A DNA stretch of 64,000 nucleotides from an uncultured virus (IMG/VR IMGVR_UViG_3300031689_000528) (Duplodnaviria; Heunggongvirae; Uroviricota; Caudoviricetes), in the IMG/VR virus record IMGVR_UViG_3300031689_000528; one strand, 5' to 3'. Below the pieces are notes generated by a model that worked only from the letters and a program-made list of their open reading frames with translations, ran no database searches and was not told the DNA's origin. Position 1 is the first letter of the stretch. Each line of letters opens with the position of its first letter. The position numbers and the translations under genes are program-made. Positions 18,801-29,874 of the stretch are shown piece by piece.

Positions 18801-19727
18801 ATGACAAAACAAACAATAGCAATAGGTTCAACTCCAAATGACGGCACAGGTTCTACTATCAGAGCTGGTGGTGACTTAATCAACGATAACTTTACCGAAA
18901 TCTATACTGCTTTCGGAGATGGTACTACTTTAAATTCTGGTGTAATTACCGGCAAACAAGAAGGATCAAATTTCGCAAACTCTTTAATGATCGGTCACTC
19001 GGTGACAGGTACTTTGAGTTCAGCACAAGAAAACGTTGCCGTTGGTAAAACATCTTTAAGATCAATTACTTCAGGAGATGATAATACTGCCTTGGGTTTT
19101 GCAGCTTTACAATCAGTTACTTCTACATCAAAAAGCACAGCCATAGGACACTCAGCAGGTAAAGACGCAACAGGAGAAAAAAATACTGTTATAGGTGCAA
19201 ATGCAGGTGTTAGAGTATCTTCAGGACAACACAATACTTTTGTAGGTTACAATGCAGGTCAAACTGTAGAAACTGGATCAGGTAATGTTATTATAGGAAA
19301 TGCCGGTGGTAATGCAGCTGCTTCAACTAGAGCAATGATAATTGCAGGATCAGATGGTTCTACTTTGACGACTTGGTTAGAAGGAGATAGTACAGGCGAG
19401 GTTACAGTATTTGGTAACCCAACAAAAAATTTAGGTATTGCAACAAAACAATACGTTGACACTCAACTTGCTAGTGAAAATGAGATAAATGAAATGAACG
19501 ATGTCACTTTAACAAGTGTTACAAGTGGTGATATTTTACAGTGGAACGGTAGTCAATTTGTCAATATAGCTTTAGGTACAATAGGTACTATGGCTGCTCA
19601 AAATTCAAACAATGTTAATATTTCTGGTGGTTCTATTACTATGGGATCTCTATCTAATACGTCAAGTGTATTAATAAAAAATTCTAGTGGTACTACATTA
19701 AAAACAATTATTGGAACAACTTCGTAG
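18801..19727 (+). CDS. Baseplate-attached fibre protein (gp9/gp10-like N-terminus, YadA-head-like repeats)
   Basis: KQTIAIGSTPNDGTGSTIRAGGDLINDNFTEIY N-terminus; NxAxG repeats; shared IKNSSG C-terminal motif. Confidence 0.7.
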   Translation: MTKQTIAIGSTPNDGTGSTIRAGGDLINDNFTEIYTAFGDGTTLNSGVITGKQEGSNFANSLMIGHSVTGTLSSAQENVAVGKTSLRSITSGDDNTALGFAALQSVTSTSKSTAIGHSAGKDATGEKNTVIGANAGVRVSSGQHNTFVGYNAGQTVETGSGNVIIGNAGGNAAASTRAMIIAGSDGSTLTTWLEGDSTGEVTVFGNPTKNLGIATKQYVDTQLASENEINEMNDVTLTSVTSGDILQWNGSQFVNIALGTIGTMAAQNSNNVNISGGSITMGSLSNTSSVLIKNSSGTTLKTIIGTTS

Positions 19728-19735
19728 GAAAGTAT

Positions 19736-19743
19736 TATAAATA
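19736..19743 (+). promoter_or_regulatory. Late promoter TATAAATA
   Basis: Exact box followed by the AGGAG RBS of gp8. Confidence 0.75.
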
Positions 19744-19755
19744 GGAGTATCAATT

Positions 19756-21225
19756 ATGCCAGCGATTATAACAACAAAATTCAGAATAAACAACAGTGAA
19801 CAGTTTCACGAATCTTTTACGGAAGCTTCTCCAAATGTTTATTACCTAGGTCTAGCAAGACCACAAGCTTTCGGCACATCTACAAGAGGTGATGGTCGTA
19901 CAGATTACGAAGGAACAGACTCAGCACCAATTATACCAGGTGATACCGTTGTTGCAGAGTTCAATACTTTTGATGATCTATTAGCTGCTAAAAAAATTAC
20001 AAGTTCAGATATTAGTTTTGCAGTACCAAGAAGAAATTGGGCAACTGGAACAACATACGATATTTACAGACACGACTATGGAGAATATATTACAGGTAGT
20101 ACATCTTTAAGAAATACTGCTAATGGTGGTGCAACAACTTTACATGACGCTAATTTTTACGTACTAACTACAGACAGAAATATTTACAAGTGTATTGACA
20201 ACGATGGTAACACGGCTTCTTCAACAGAACCAACTGGTACAAGTTCTAGTGTCATAACAACTGCTGATGGTTACAAATGGAAATATATGTCTACTATGTC
20301 AGCGGCTCAACAATCAAATTTCTTATCAACAGACTTTATGGGACTTTCAACTAACACAACTGTTAGTTCAGCTGCTGTAGACGGATCAATTGACTGTATA
20401 AAAGTTAAAACTGCCGGTTCAGGTGGTGCAGATGGTTCTCATTCAGTAACAATCAAAGGTGACGGATCAAGTGCAGTTGCTAATGTTATAGTATCAGGTG
20501 GTACTATTACTTCGGTAGTTATGACTAACGTAGGATCAGGTTATACTTTTGGTACAGTTTCAAATGCAGAAATAGTATCTGCTGGGGCAACAAGTTTAGT
20601 TGGTGCAGAATTAGACGTGATTATTTCTCCAAAAGGTGGTCATGGTTTTAATGCAATAGAAGAATTAGGTGGTTTCTTTGTAATGTTAAACGTAAATTTA
20701 GAAGGATCAGAATCAGCAAACTCTGGAGATTTCCACGCTGGTAACGACTTTAGAAAAATTTGTTTAATCAGAGATCCAAAAGCTTCAGGTTCAGCTGCAA
20801 GTACTACAACATTAAGAGGTACTAAAGCAGTAAGACTAGCAGCTAGTCCAACTCCAGGTACTTTTACAGTTGATGAAGAAATAAATCAATCAACTACAGG
20901 TGCTGTTGGTAAAGTCGTAGAATGGGACGCAACAAACAGAATTTTATACTACATTCAATCAAGACACAATGACGCCGGCGTTGACAGTAATGGTAACTTG
21001 ACAGCTATTTCTAGTACTCACGTAATCACAGGTCAAACGTCTTCAGCAACAGGAACACCAGACACAGGAGTTTCGGCAACGGTTAACAATGTTGTATTTT
21101 CAAGTGGGTATTCTGCTTCTGAAATAGATCATGACTCTGGCGATGTATTGTACATAGAAAACAGAGCACCTATTCAAAGAGCAACAGACCAAACAGAAAA
21201 TATTAAACTAGTTATTGAGTTTTAA
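19756..21225 (+). CDS. gp8: Baseplate wedge subunit gp8
   Basis: MPAIITTKFR, YKCIDN, DGYKWKYM, ISPKGGHG and YIENRAPIQRATDQTENIKLVIEF motifs. Confidence 0.9.
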   Translation: MPAIITTKFRINNSEQFHESFTEASPNVYYLGLARPQAFGTSTRGDGRTDYEGTDSAPIIPGDTVVAEFNTFDDLLAAKKITSSDISFAVPRRNWATGTTYDIYRHDYGEYITGSTSLRNTANGGATTLHDANFYVLTTDRNIYKCIDNDGNTASSTEPTGTSSSVITTADGYKWKYMSTMSAAQQSNFLSTDFMGLSTNTTVSSAAVDGSIDCIKVKTAGSGGADGSHSVTIKGDGSSAVANVIVSGGTITSVVMTNVGSGYTFGTVSNAEIVSAGATSLVGAELDVIISPKGGHGFNAIEELGGFFVMLNVNLEGSESANSGDFHAGNDFRKICLIRDPKASGSAASTTTLRGTKAVRLAASPTPGTFTVDEEINQSTTGAVGKVVEWDATNRILYYIQSRHNDAGVDSNGNLTAISSTHVITGQTSSATGTPDTGVSATVNNVVFSSGYSASEIDHDSGDVLYIENRAPIQRATDQTENIKLVIEF

Positions 21226-21236
21226 AGGGAGATATT

Positions 21237-24200
21237 ATGCCAAGTCCAACAGACTTCAATCTTTCACCTTACTACGATGACTTTAATGAAACAAAAAAGT
21301 TTCATAGAGTTCTTTTTAGACCAGCATTTGCTGTACAAGGTAGAGAGTTAACACAGTCACAGTCTATTCTACAGAATCAGATTGAGAGACTATCAGACCA
21401 CGTCTTTGAACAAGGCGCTATGGTTATACCTGGTGATATTGGCTACGACTTAAACTATTACGCAGTTAAATTAACTTCATTTACAGATTCAGCTTCAGTT
21501 GGTATTACTCTATCAAACTTTGTAGGGTTAACATTAACAGGTGCTTCTTCAGGTGTTCAGGCAAGAGTTGTACATCAAGTAGCAACAGATGGAACTGACC
21601 CTAACACATTATTTGTAAAATACATAAATTCAGGTACAGACAATACTAAAACTGCCTTTGATGATAGCGAAACAATTTCAGTTGCAACTACAATTGACGG
21701 AACAGGCACAACTGTTTCAGCAGTAGTTACTTCTACAGCAGTTGGTAGTGCAGCTTCAATTAAAGAAGGTGTTTATTACATAAATGGTTTTTATATCAAA
21801 GTAAATGACCAAGTTTTAATACTAGACAAGTATACAAACACTCCTTCTTACAGAGTAGGTTTAACAGTAACAGAAAGTTTTGTAACACAAAACGATGACG
21901 CAACTTTAAATGATAATGCACAAGGCGTTTCAAATACAAATGCTCCAGGTGCTCACAGATTTAAAATAGATTTAACATTAGCTAAAAAATCTTTAACTGC
22001 TACAGATGACGCAAGTTTCGTAGAGTTATTAAGATTAAAAAAAGGTTTTATACAAAATCAAGTTAGAACAACTGAATATGCTATATTAGAAGATACATTA
22101 GCAAGAAGAACGTTTGATGAATCAGGCGACTATGCAGTAAGAGACTTTGATTTAGATTTAAGAGAACATTTAATATCAGGTACTAACAGAGGAATATATT
22201 CATCAGGAAATGGTGGATTAGAAACTAAAATTGCAGCTGGTCTAGCACCAGGTAAAGCATACGTTAGAGGTTTTGAAATAGAAACTATCGGTACTAGTTT
22301 TGTTGACGTAAACAAAGCAAGATCATTTGATACACAAAATAATTCTAATACTAGATTTGATATAGGTAACTTTGTATATGTTAATAATGTATATGGTTCT
22401 CCAGATGTTGGATTTGTTTCAGGTGATGTTGCAGCTTTCAAAAAAGTTGGTTTATACAATAAAGAAACATCAGCAAGAGGAACAGAAAATGCTGGTTCAG
22501 GTTCTAGTATAAATTCAATAGGTCGTGCTAAGTCTAGAGGATTTGAATATACTTCAGGTTCAGCAACTTCAGGTTTCTTTGCTAGTTCTAGTGCAAACGC
22601 TTCAGTTTTCAAACACTACTTATTTGACCTTGTTATGTTTACACATATCAACGTTGCAAAAAATCAATCGTTTACTAATGGTGAAAAAATTACAGGTAGT
22701 ACTTCAGCTGCTACAGGCACATACGAAAATATTTCAACAAACAATAGTCACACAATAACAGGTGCAACAGCAGCTAATCCTGTTGTAATAACATCGTCTA
22801 ACACTTTAAAAGAAGGACAACAAGTTACAATTTCTACCGTTGTTGGTATGACAGAATTAAATGGTAATACATATACAGTAAAAAATCCAACTGCTTCAAA
22901 TTTTGAATTAGATGTAGATGGTTCTTCTTTCACTACATATACAAGTGGTGGTATAGCAGATCAATCTGTTGTTGTTTTATCTAGTGTATCAGGAACATTT
23001 ACACCTGGCGAAACTATAACAGGTGCTATTTCATCTAACACTGCCACTATTCAAGCAAATGCTAGAGGTTTCAAAGGTGTTACTTCGTTTGATTTCTCAT
23101 CTACTAAACAACTTGGTATGGCTGGATCTCCAACATACACAGCAGACACTAAATTAGATAGTACATACGGAGAAAGTCTACAAATTACAGGTACAATATC
23201 AATTGCAAACAGTAGTAATACTGTTACTGGTTTTGGTACTAAATTTAATACAGAATTAAGAGTTAATGACAAATTATCATTTACTACAAATGCAGGTACT
23301 ACAGTTAATAAAATAGTTGAAGCAATTATTTCAGATACTAGTTTAGTATTTTCAACTGCTGTTGGTGGTTCAGATGTATCAACTAAATCCAATTCAAACA
23401 GAAATAGAGGTAAACTTACAGATTCAAATAAGAACGTAAACGTATTTAAGTTACCTTATGAAAATGTTAAGACATTAAAAACAACGGCTAATTCAGGTGC
23501 TAGTGATACAAACTTTAAAGTTAGAAGACACTTCGCAACAACATTAGGATCAAATGGTGACGCAACCATTTCAGCAGGTACAAATGAAACATTTACAAGT
23601 CTAACAGAAAACGATTTTTCAGTCTCAATTATGACAACCGGTTCAGGTGGAACAGGTGCAGTAGGAGACTTTATGAGTTTAACAGGATCAAACCATGAGG
23701 GTGATTCAATATTTACATTAGGTGGTTCTCCATCAGGTAAATCTTTAACGTTAGATTTTGGTTCTAATTTTGCAGGACATAAAATTAAAATCTTAGCAAC
23801 AATCAATAGATCAGTTGTAGAAGAAAAAACAAAATCTTTAGTTACAGGTTATACAAGAAATCAAATTAGTTTAGCAGATATTAATAAACAAGGTGGTATG
23901 AGATTAAGTGTAGCTGACGTTTACAAATTAAACTCTGTTAAAATGGCAACTGCTTTTGGTACTTACTCATCTTCAGGAGAAGTTGATATTACAGATAGAT
24001 TTACTTTAGACAATGGTCAAAGAGATAACTTCTATGATATAGGTAGAGTATTTTTAAAAACAGGTGCAGTAGCACCAACAGGTTCAATTCAAATTAATGT
24101 AGATTACTTCTCTCACGGTTCAGGAGATGTATTTACTGTAGATAGTTATTCAGGTGCTGTTGACTATGCAGATATTCCTTCTCATACTTCCGATACAACA

Positions 24201-27200
24201 GGAGACATATTTGAGTTAAGAGATTGTTTAGACTTTAGACCAAGAGTTGACGATAACTCAACAATCAATAAAGGTGAACAAGACAAGTATTATAATGGTG
24301 CTGGCGCTTCAGTTGTAGATGTTGCTAAGTTCGGTACTGATATAACTTCAGATTTAGAATATTACTTACCAAGAATAGATAAAATCTTTTTAGACAGAAA
24401 CGGTAAGTTTAAGGTAGCAGAGGGCGCTAGTGCTTTAGTTCCTCAAGCACCAAAAGATATTGATAGTGCAATGCACCTTTACACTTTAGATGTGCCAGCA
24501 TATACTTTATCTACAGATGATATAACGATTACTAGAGTTGACAATAAAAGATACACAATGAGAGACATTGGTAGATTAGAGAATAGAATTGAAAATGTAG
24601 AATATTATACTCAACTATCTTTGTTAGAATCACAAGCACAAAATTTGCAAGTACAAGACGCAGAAGGATTTGATAGATTTAAGAATGGATTTATAGTAGA
24701 TAATTTCACAGGTCATAGTATAGGTGATGTAAAGAATTTAGACTACAAGGTTTCTATGGACATGGCAAGAGGTGAGTTAAGACCTATGTTCAATGAGGAT
24801 GCCGTACAATTGATTGAAAGCGACAATGACGGTACTACTATTACTGCTTTAGATAGAACTGAAGCTAAGTATGCAAAAACAGGAGATTTAATTACTTTAC
24901 CTTACACAGAGGCAACTTTAATTGATCAACCTTTTGCAAGTAAATTTGTTAACGTAAACCCTTTTGACATATTCACATGGTCAGGTAGTATTGCGTTAAC
25001 ACCACCGTCAGACGAATGGAAAGAAACAGAAAGAGTGCCAGAATTAGTTGTTAATTCAATAGGTGGTTTTGATACTCTAGTACAAAATTTAGGTAATCCA
25101 AATTTACAAAGTGTAGAAATTGGTACAGTATGGAATGAATGGCAAGATTTCTGGACAGGAACACCAACTGTAACTGGCCGTAGAAGATTAGGAAACGTTA
25201 GACGAGGTAGAAGAATTAATGCACGTCACGAAATTACTGAAACTGGTAATCAAACATCAACAAGAACAGGTGTTAGATCAACAATAGTACCACAGGTAGT
25301 AAGAAATTCAATTGGCGACAGAGTTGTTAGTGTTGGTTTTGTTCCTTTTTTAAGAAGTAGAACATTATCATTTAGTGCTACAAGATTAAAACCTTTAACA
25401 AGAGTTTACCCTTTCTTTGATAACATTGATATAGCAACTTATGTTACACCAAATGGTGGTTCATTAGGTGGTAATATAGTTACAGATATTAATGGTGCTT
25501 GTTCAGGTACTTTTGCAATTCCTGATCCAAAAGTTAATGCTAATCCAAGATGGAGAGCAGGTCAAAGAGTATTCAGATTAACAAGTTCATCAACAAACGT
25601 ATTAAGTACGGCAGTTGAAACTTCAGGTGAAGCAGACTATATCGCAAAAGGTATTTTAGAAACAGTACAAGAGACAGTTGTTTCTACAAGAGAACCTTTA
25701 GTTGTTAGAGAAAGTACTGTTGAATCAGTTAGTAGATCAAACGTAACTGCTACACGTATTACAGAAATGACAATTGGTTGGACTGACCCATTAGCACAAA
25801 CATTTATGATAGATGATGTTGGTGGTGTATTCTTAACTTCAATGGACTTATTCTTTAGTTCAAAAGATGACAATATTCCAGTAACAGTACAAATTAGAGA
25901 AGTAGTAAATGGTTATCCAGGAAAAAGAATAGTTCCATTTAGTGAATTAACTTTAAATCCGTCATCTGTAAACATAAGTACAGACGCAACAACAGCTACA
26001 ACATTTACTTTTAACTCACCAGTTTATTTACAAGAAAAAACAGAATATTGTTTTGTTGTAATGGCTAATACTAATAATTACAACTGTTATGTTGGAAGAT
26101 TAGGTGAAAAAGTAATAGGTTCAGATAGAACAATTTCTCAACAACCTTATGCTGGTGTTATGTTTAAATCTCAAAACGGTTCTACATGGACAGCAGAACA
26201 AAATGAAGATATTAAATTTAAAATCAAAAGAGCAGAATTTGAAAATGTTACAGGTACAGTTACTTTAACTAATGACGCTTTACCTACTAGAACATTAAAA
26301 ACTAATCCTATTAGAACAACAAACTCTAGTGGTGTAATGACAGTTTCACATCCTAATCACGGTATGCATGGTACAACAAACAATGTTATAATTGCAGGTA
26401 TTCCATCAGGAACTTACAATGGTGTTGCTCATTCCGATATTAATGGAACATACACAAGTATTTCAAACGTAACTTTAGATAGTTATGATATTACAACAAG
26501 TGGTACAGCAAATGCTACAGGAGATGTAGGTGGTACTGTTGTAACAGCAACACAAAACAGATTGTATGATGTTTTAAATCTAAACTTACAAACATTAAAT
26601 GTTGCCGGTACAAGCATTGCATATAACATGAGACCTACTTCAGGTAGATCAGTACATGGTTCAGAAACAGAATTTAGTTTAACAGGCGAGACTAGTCAAG
26701 TATCAACTATTGCAAATGACAATATTTACTTCACTTCACCTCAACTAGTTGCAAGTGCAATAAACGAAACAAACGAATTATCAGGAAGTAAGTCTTTATT
26801 TGTAAATCTTACTTTCAATACTACTAACACTAAATTATCTCCAGTATTAGATATGCAAAGAGTTAGTGCTTACACAATTCAAAACAGAATTAACAAAGCA
26901 ACAACAGGTAATACACCTAATTATGTTTCAGACATAGCTGCAAGTGATACATCATCAGCAGCTGCCTACATAACTAAATCTGTCGTACTAGATAATATCT
27001 CAACTGCTTTAGATGTAAGATTAACGCAGAATGTAAGATCAAGTTCTAGTGTAAAAGTTTATTACAGACTATCTTCTTCCGAAGAAGCTAGACTAATAGG
27101 TGATATAGGTTGGACACCATTTAACAGTACAGGACTAGAAGACACAACAGTTACACCTGCTGAAGATGATAATACATTTAAAGAGTACAAATATAGTGCT

Positions 27201-27311
27201 TCAGGATTAAATGAGTTTACTACTTTTCAAATAAAAATAGTTATGGAAGGAACAAACTCAGCATATCCACCAATAGTAAGAGATTTAAGAGGTATTGCAT
27301 TAGCGATATAA
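21237..27311 (+). CDS. Large virion structural protein (VrlC-like/DUF4815 type)
   Basis: NLSPYYDDF..FHRVLFRP..VQGRELTQ, APGAHR, ARRTFDESGDY, RFKNGFIVDNF, DPLAQTF and DLRGIAL; 2024 aa. Confidence 0.85.
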   Translation: MPSPTDFNLSPYYDDFNETKKFHRVLFRPAFAVQGRELTQSQSILQNQIERLSDHVFEQGAMVIPGDIGYDLNYYAVKLTSFTDSASVGITLSNFVGLTLTGASSGVQARVVHQVATDGTDPNTLFVKYINSGTDNTKTAFDDSETISVATTIDGTGTTVSAVVTSTAVGSAASIKEGVYYINGFYIKVNDQVLILDKYTNTPSYRVGLTVTESFVTQNDDATLNDNAQGVSNTNAPGAHRFKIDLTLAKKSLTATDDASFVELLRLKKGFIQNQVRTTEYAILEDTLARRTFDESGDYAVRDFDLDLREHLISGTNRGIYSSGNGGLETKIAAGLAPGKAYVRGFEIETIGTSFVDVNKARSFDTQNNSNTRFDIGNFVYVNNVYGSPDVGFVSGDVAAFKKVGLYNKETSARGTENAGSGSSINSIGRAKSRGFEYTSGSATSGFFASSSANASVFKHYLFDLVMFTHINVAKNQSFTNGEKITGSTSAATGTYENISTNNSHTITGATAANPVVITSSNTLKEGQQVTISTVVGMTELNGNTYTVKNPTASNFELDVDGSSFTTYTSGGIADQSVVVLSSVSGTFTPGETITGAISSNTATIQANARGFKGVTSFDFSSTKQLGMAGSPTYTADTKLDSTYGESLQITGTISIANSSNTVTGFGTKFNTELRVNDKLSFTTNAGTTVNKIVEAIISDTSLVFSTAVGGSDVSTKSNSNRNRGKLTDSNKNVNVFKLPYENVKTLKTTANSGASDTNFKVRRHFATTLGSNGDATISAGTNETFTSLTENDFSVSIMTTGSGGTGAVGDFMSLTGSNHEGDSIFTLGGSPSGKSLTLDFGSNFAGHKIKILATINRSVVEEKTKSLVTGYTRNQISLADINKQGGMRLSVADVYKLNSVKMATAFGTYSSSGEVDITDRFTLDNGQRDNFYDIGRVFLKTGAVAPTGSIQINVDYFSHGSGDVFTVDSYSGAVDYADIPSHTSDTTGDIFELRDCLDFRPRVDDNSTINKGEQDKYYNGAGASVVDVAKFGTDITSDLEYYLPRIDKIFLDRNGKFKVAEGASALVPQAPKDIDSAMHLYTLDVPAYTLSTDDITITRVDNKRYTMRDIGRLENRIENVEYYTQLSLLESQAQNLQVQDAEGFDRFKNGFIVDNFTGHSIGDVKNLDYKVSMDMARGELRPMFNEDAVQLIESDNDGTTITALDRTEAKYAKTGDLITLPYTEATLIDQPFASKFVNVNPFDIFTWSGSIALTPPSDEWKETERVPELVVNSIGGFDTLVQNLGNPNLQSVEIGTVWNEWQDFWTGTPTVTGRRRLGNVRRGRRINARHEITETGNQTSTRTGVRSTIVPQVVRNSIGDRVVSVGFVPFLRSRTLSFSATRLKPLTRVYPFFDNIDIATYVTPNGGSLGGNIVTDINGACSGTFAIPDPKVNANPRWRAGQRVFRLTSSSTNVLSTAVETSGEADYIAKGILETVQETVVSTREPLVVRESTVESVSRSNVTATRITEMTIGWTDPLAQTFMIDDVGGVFLTSMDLFFSSKDDNIPVTVQIREVVNGYPGKRIVPFSELTLNPSSVNISTDATTATTFTFNSPVYLQEKTEYCFVVMANTNNYNCYVGRLGEKVIGSDRTISQQPYAGVMFKSQNGSTWTAEQNEDIKFKIKRAEFENVTGTVTLTNDALPTRTLKTNPIRTTNSSGVMTVSHPNHGMHGTTNNVIIAGIPSGTYNGVAHSDINGTYTSISNVTLDSYDITTSGTANATGDVGGTVVTATQNRLYDVLNLNLQTLNVAGTSIAYNMRPTSGRSVHGSETEFSLTGETSQVSTIANDNIYFTSPQLVASAINETNELSGSKSLFVNLTFNTTNTKLSPVLDMQRVSAYTIQNRINKATTGNTPNYVSDIAASDTSSAAAYITKSVVLDNISTALDVRLTQNVRSSSSVKVYYRLSSSEEARLIGDIGWTPFNSTGLEDTTVTPAEDDNTFKEYKYSASGLNEFTTFQIKIVMEGTNSAYPPIVRDLRGIALAI

Positions 27312-27315
27312 TATT

Positions 27316-27537
27316 ATGGCAACTAATACATTAAAAGTACAAGGATTTGATGATTTAGTAAGAGACATAGATACCAAGGCTATTATTAACACTAATAGAT
27401 CAGAATATAACTCATATATGAAAAGAGTTAAATCTAGAGAAAGTGGCAATGATATGGTAAGAGGTCTTGTAACAGAGATAAATAATTTAAAGAAAGAATT
27501 ATACGATATTAAGAAAGATTTAAAAAAAGGTAAATAG
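27316..27537 (+). CDS. Conserved small phage protein following the VrlC-like gene
   Basis: LVRDxxTKAIINT plus C-terminal coiled coil. Confidence 0.7.
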   Translation: MATNTLKVQGFDDLVRDIDTKAIINTNRSEYNSYMKRVKSRESGNDMVRGLVTEINNLKKELYDIKKDLKKGK

Positions 27538-27539
27538 TT

Positions 27540-28076
27540 ATGGCAGTAAAAAATATATCAGGAACAGACACACTAGAAACATTTAGAACACAGTTTAACG
27601 ACTTAGCTTTAAATGACTTTGGTGATTCTGCTTTACTTGCAAGTGCAGGTATATCAGCAACGTCTGTTGTGGGTGCAGTAGTAGAATTATCTTCACAAAT
27701 AGGTACAGGTCAAGGACACTATATTAGAGACGCAAGTTCAACAGTTCAGTTAATTGCTCCAGGTAATACTATATCTTTTCTAGGTACAAGTAATCAGATA
27801 AATGCTGTAGTTTCAAGTCCCGATACAGTAACACTTGCTTTTCCAACTAACGTAAATGTTGTTAATTTGACAGTTAGTGGTACTTTAAATGGACAGACTG
27901 TAACCTTTCCAAGTACAGCAGGAGAAATAATATCAACTGGTTCAATAGATTTAGTTGCTGAAACTATGATGGCTGATGACGCTATTGGTTCAACACAAAT
28001 GAAAACATTATCTACACTATTAATTAAAAATAGTTCAGGTTCTACTTTAAAAACACTACACGGCGCCGGCGTTTAA
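27540..28076 (+). CDS. Short fibre-like virion protein
   Basis: TDTLETFRTQFN N-terminus; C-terminal LLIKNSSGSTLKT motif shared with other fibres. Confidence 0.65.
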   Translation: MAVKNISGTDTLETFRTQFNDLALNDFGDSALLASAGISATSVVGAVVELSSQIGTGQGHYIRDASSTVQLIAPGNTISFLGTSNQINAVVSSPDTVTLAFPTNVNVVNLTVSGTLNGQTVTFPSTAGEIISTGSIDLVAETMMADDAIGSTQMKTLSTLLIKNSSGSTLKTLHGAGV

Positions 28077-28096
28077 AACTAGTCACTTAACGGTGA

Positions 28097-28104
28097 TATA
28101 AATA
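28097..28104 (+). promoter_or_regulatory. Late promoter TATAAATA
   Basis: Exact box 5 bp before the epimerase ATG. Confidence 0.7.
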
Positions 28105-28109
28105 AGATT

Positions 28110-28841
28110 ATGAATATATTATTAACAGGCAGTGAAGGATTTATAGGTAAACACCTTCATAAACATCTAGAAAAAAACAATCACAAAGTAATCCCAATAG
28201 ACAAACTAACAGGTAACGATTTATTAAATTGTGACCTTAAATACGATGTAGATTTAGTCATACACTTGGCTGGTCTATCAGGTGTTAGAGATAGTTTAGA
28301 TAGACCTACAGAATACTGGAAAGAAAATGTAATTGCAGGTCAGAGACTATTTGAATACTTTCCAGACACAAGAATACTATATGCAAGTTCATCAACAGCA
28401 ATAGAACCTTGGCGTAATCCTTATGCCATGAGTAAACTATCTTTAGAACAATTAGCACCTAAAAATAGTGTCGGTATGAGATTTACAACTGTATACGGAC
28501 CAGGCGCTAGAGAACATATGTTGATACCAAGAATTTTAAGAAATGATGTACCATTTATTCATACCAATCATACAAGAGACTTTATTCATGTAAATGATAT
28601 ATTAAGTGCGATTGATACATTAATAAAAAGTGATTATCAAGGTGTAACCGATGTTGGTAGAGGAGAGTCTTACAATCTATTAGATTTGATCGCAACATTT
28701 AAAATTGATTGTGAAAGAGCTATAGGTGGTGAGTTTGAGAGATTAGATAACAAAGCAGATAACACAGTATTAAACAAACTAAATTGGTCAACTACAATTG
28801 ACCTATATGATTATATAAAGGATAGAAAAAATGTTCAATGA
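28110..28841 (+). CDS. NAD-dependent nucleotide-sugar epimerase/dehydratase
   Basis: TGSEGFIG, IHLAG, YASSS, YAMSK (YxxxK), RFTTVYGP and RDFIHV motifs. Confidence 0.92.
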   Translation: MNILLTGSEGFIGKHLHKHLEKNNHKVIPIDKLTGNDLLNCDLKYDVDLVIHLAGLSGVRDSLDRPTEYWKENVIAGQRLFEYFPDTRILYASSSTAIEPWRNPYAMSKLSLEQLAPKNSVGMRFTTVYGPGAREHMLIPRILRNDVPFIHTNHTRDFIHVNDILSAIDTLIKSDYQGVTDVGRGESYNLLDLIATFKIDCERAIGGEFERLDNKADNTVLNKLNWSTTIDLYDYIKDRKNVQ

Positions 28842-29313
28842 AGAATTATTAAAAAACCATCTAGTTTCAGCACACTTTACTAACAGTGATAGAACATGGA
28901 TTGAAGTATTAACAAATGAAGTAAAAGGTAGTTTAACACCTTATCATATTGAGTATGATGAAAATCATTCTCTATACCAATTGTTAAGTAAATTCGTAAC
29001 TGTAGACCAATTGCATGAAAATACATATGCTAGAAATGAAGAAGCAAGAAAAGAGTTTGAAAAATCAAGTTTAGAGATAGCTGTTAAAGCAGGTCTTGTA
29101 CAAACAGACGAAACATCACCAACTAGAGTACTTGACTACATCTTTAACAAAAAAGAAAGTGAAGATGAAATGTTTGCTTTGAAGATTGCTTTATTTGAAA
29201 TTGATGAGATTAAAGATTCTAAAGATGTCAAAGCTAAGAAAGCAATGAGAAAGAGTAAGACTAAACTTGAACTGTTGAAATCGGCGATTGATCTTTATAG
29301 TGCGGAATTATAA
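28831..29313 (+). CDS. Hypothetical protein
   Basis: 160-aa ORF overlapping the epimerase stop; helical C-terminus. Confidence 0.65.
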   Translation: MFNEELLKNHLVSAHFTNSDRTWIEVLTNEVKGSLTPYHIEYDENHSLYQLLSKFVTVDQLHENTYARNEEARKEFEKSSLEIAVKAGLVQTDETSPTRVLDYIFNKKESEDEMFALKIALFEIDEIKDSKDVKAKKAMRKSKTKLELLKSAIDLYSAEL

Positions 29314-29872
29314 AATCTGACCACCAACCATTCCAACCTGGTTCTAAAAGATGGTTCATTTGACCTAGAGTACATATACTAAATTCTTTTGGTGGCACTT
29401 CATACATATAGTTTTTAATAGAAGGACAAACTTTATCATAGTTTTTGTAATCTATTTCTCTATAGTAAAATTCATCACTACCTTTATTGTACTTTTCAAG
29501 ATACATTTTTTCATTTGATTTAAATTTATCCCATATGTGAGAAACATCTCCTGTCCATGAAACAATAGTAGAGTTTAGTGGTGTGTGGGCTTCTTCTCTC
29601 CACCACAAATCATTCAATAAAGTAAAGTCTTTACGAAATAAATTAGGTAACTCCTTCCATATAATAACATCTAAATCAAAATATAAATTTTCCCCATCAC
29701 GAAATTTGTCATACATTTGAAACTTATTGTACCAATTACCGTAAAGGTCCGTTTCTAAAACTTCAAAACTATCATAAGATATTCCAGAGTGGAAATCTAT
29801 CATATATTTTAAGTTATCAACATGCCATTGAGTAAACTTATTACCAAATTTACAAGCTATTATTCTTCTCAT
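29261..29872 (-). CDS. GT-A glycosyltransferase-like protein
   Basis: CKFGNKF, WYNKFQMY, LYFDLDVII (DxD), NSTIVSW and GSDEF motifs. Confidence 0.7.
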   Translation of the reverse strand: MRRIIACKFGNKFTQWHVDNLKYMIDFHSGISYDSFEVLETDLYGNWYNKFQMYDKFRDGENLYFDLDVIIWKELPNLFRKDFTLLNDLWWREEAHTPLNSTIVSWTGDVSHIWDKFKSNEKMYLEKYNKGSDEFYYREIDYKNYDKVCPSIKNYMYEVPPKEFSICTLGQMNHLLEPGWNGWWSDFIIPHYKDQSPISTVQV

Positions 29873-29874
29873 TA

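Noticed and set aside
16433..25873. Antisense and alternate-frame ORFs inside gp7, the fibre gene and the VrlC-like gene (e.g. 18428, 22130, 23051, 23456)
   Set aside because: They overlap well-supported genes and have no motifs or RBS.
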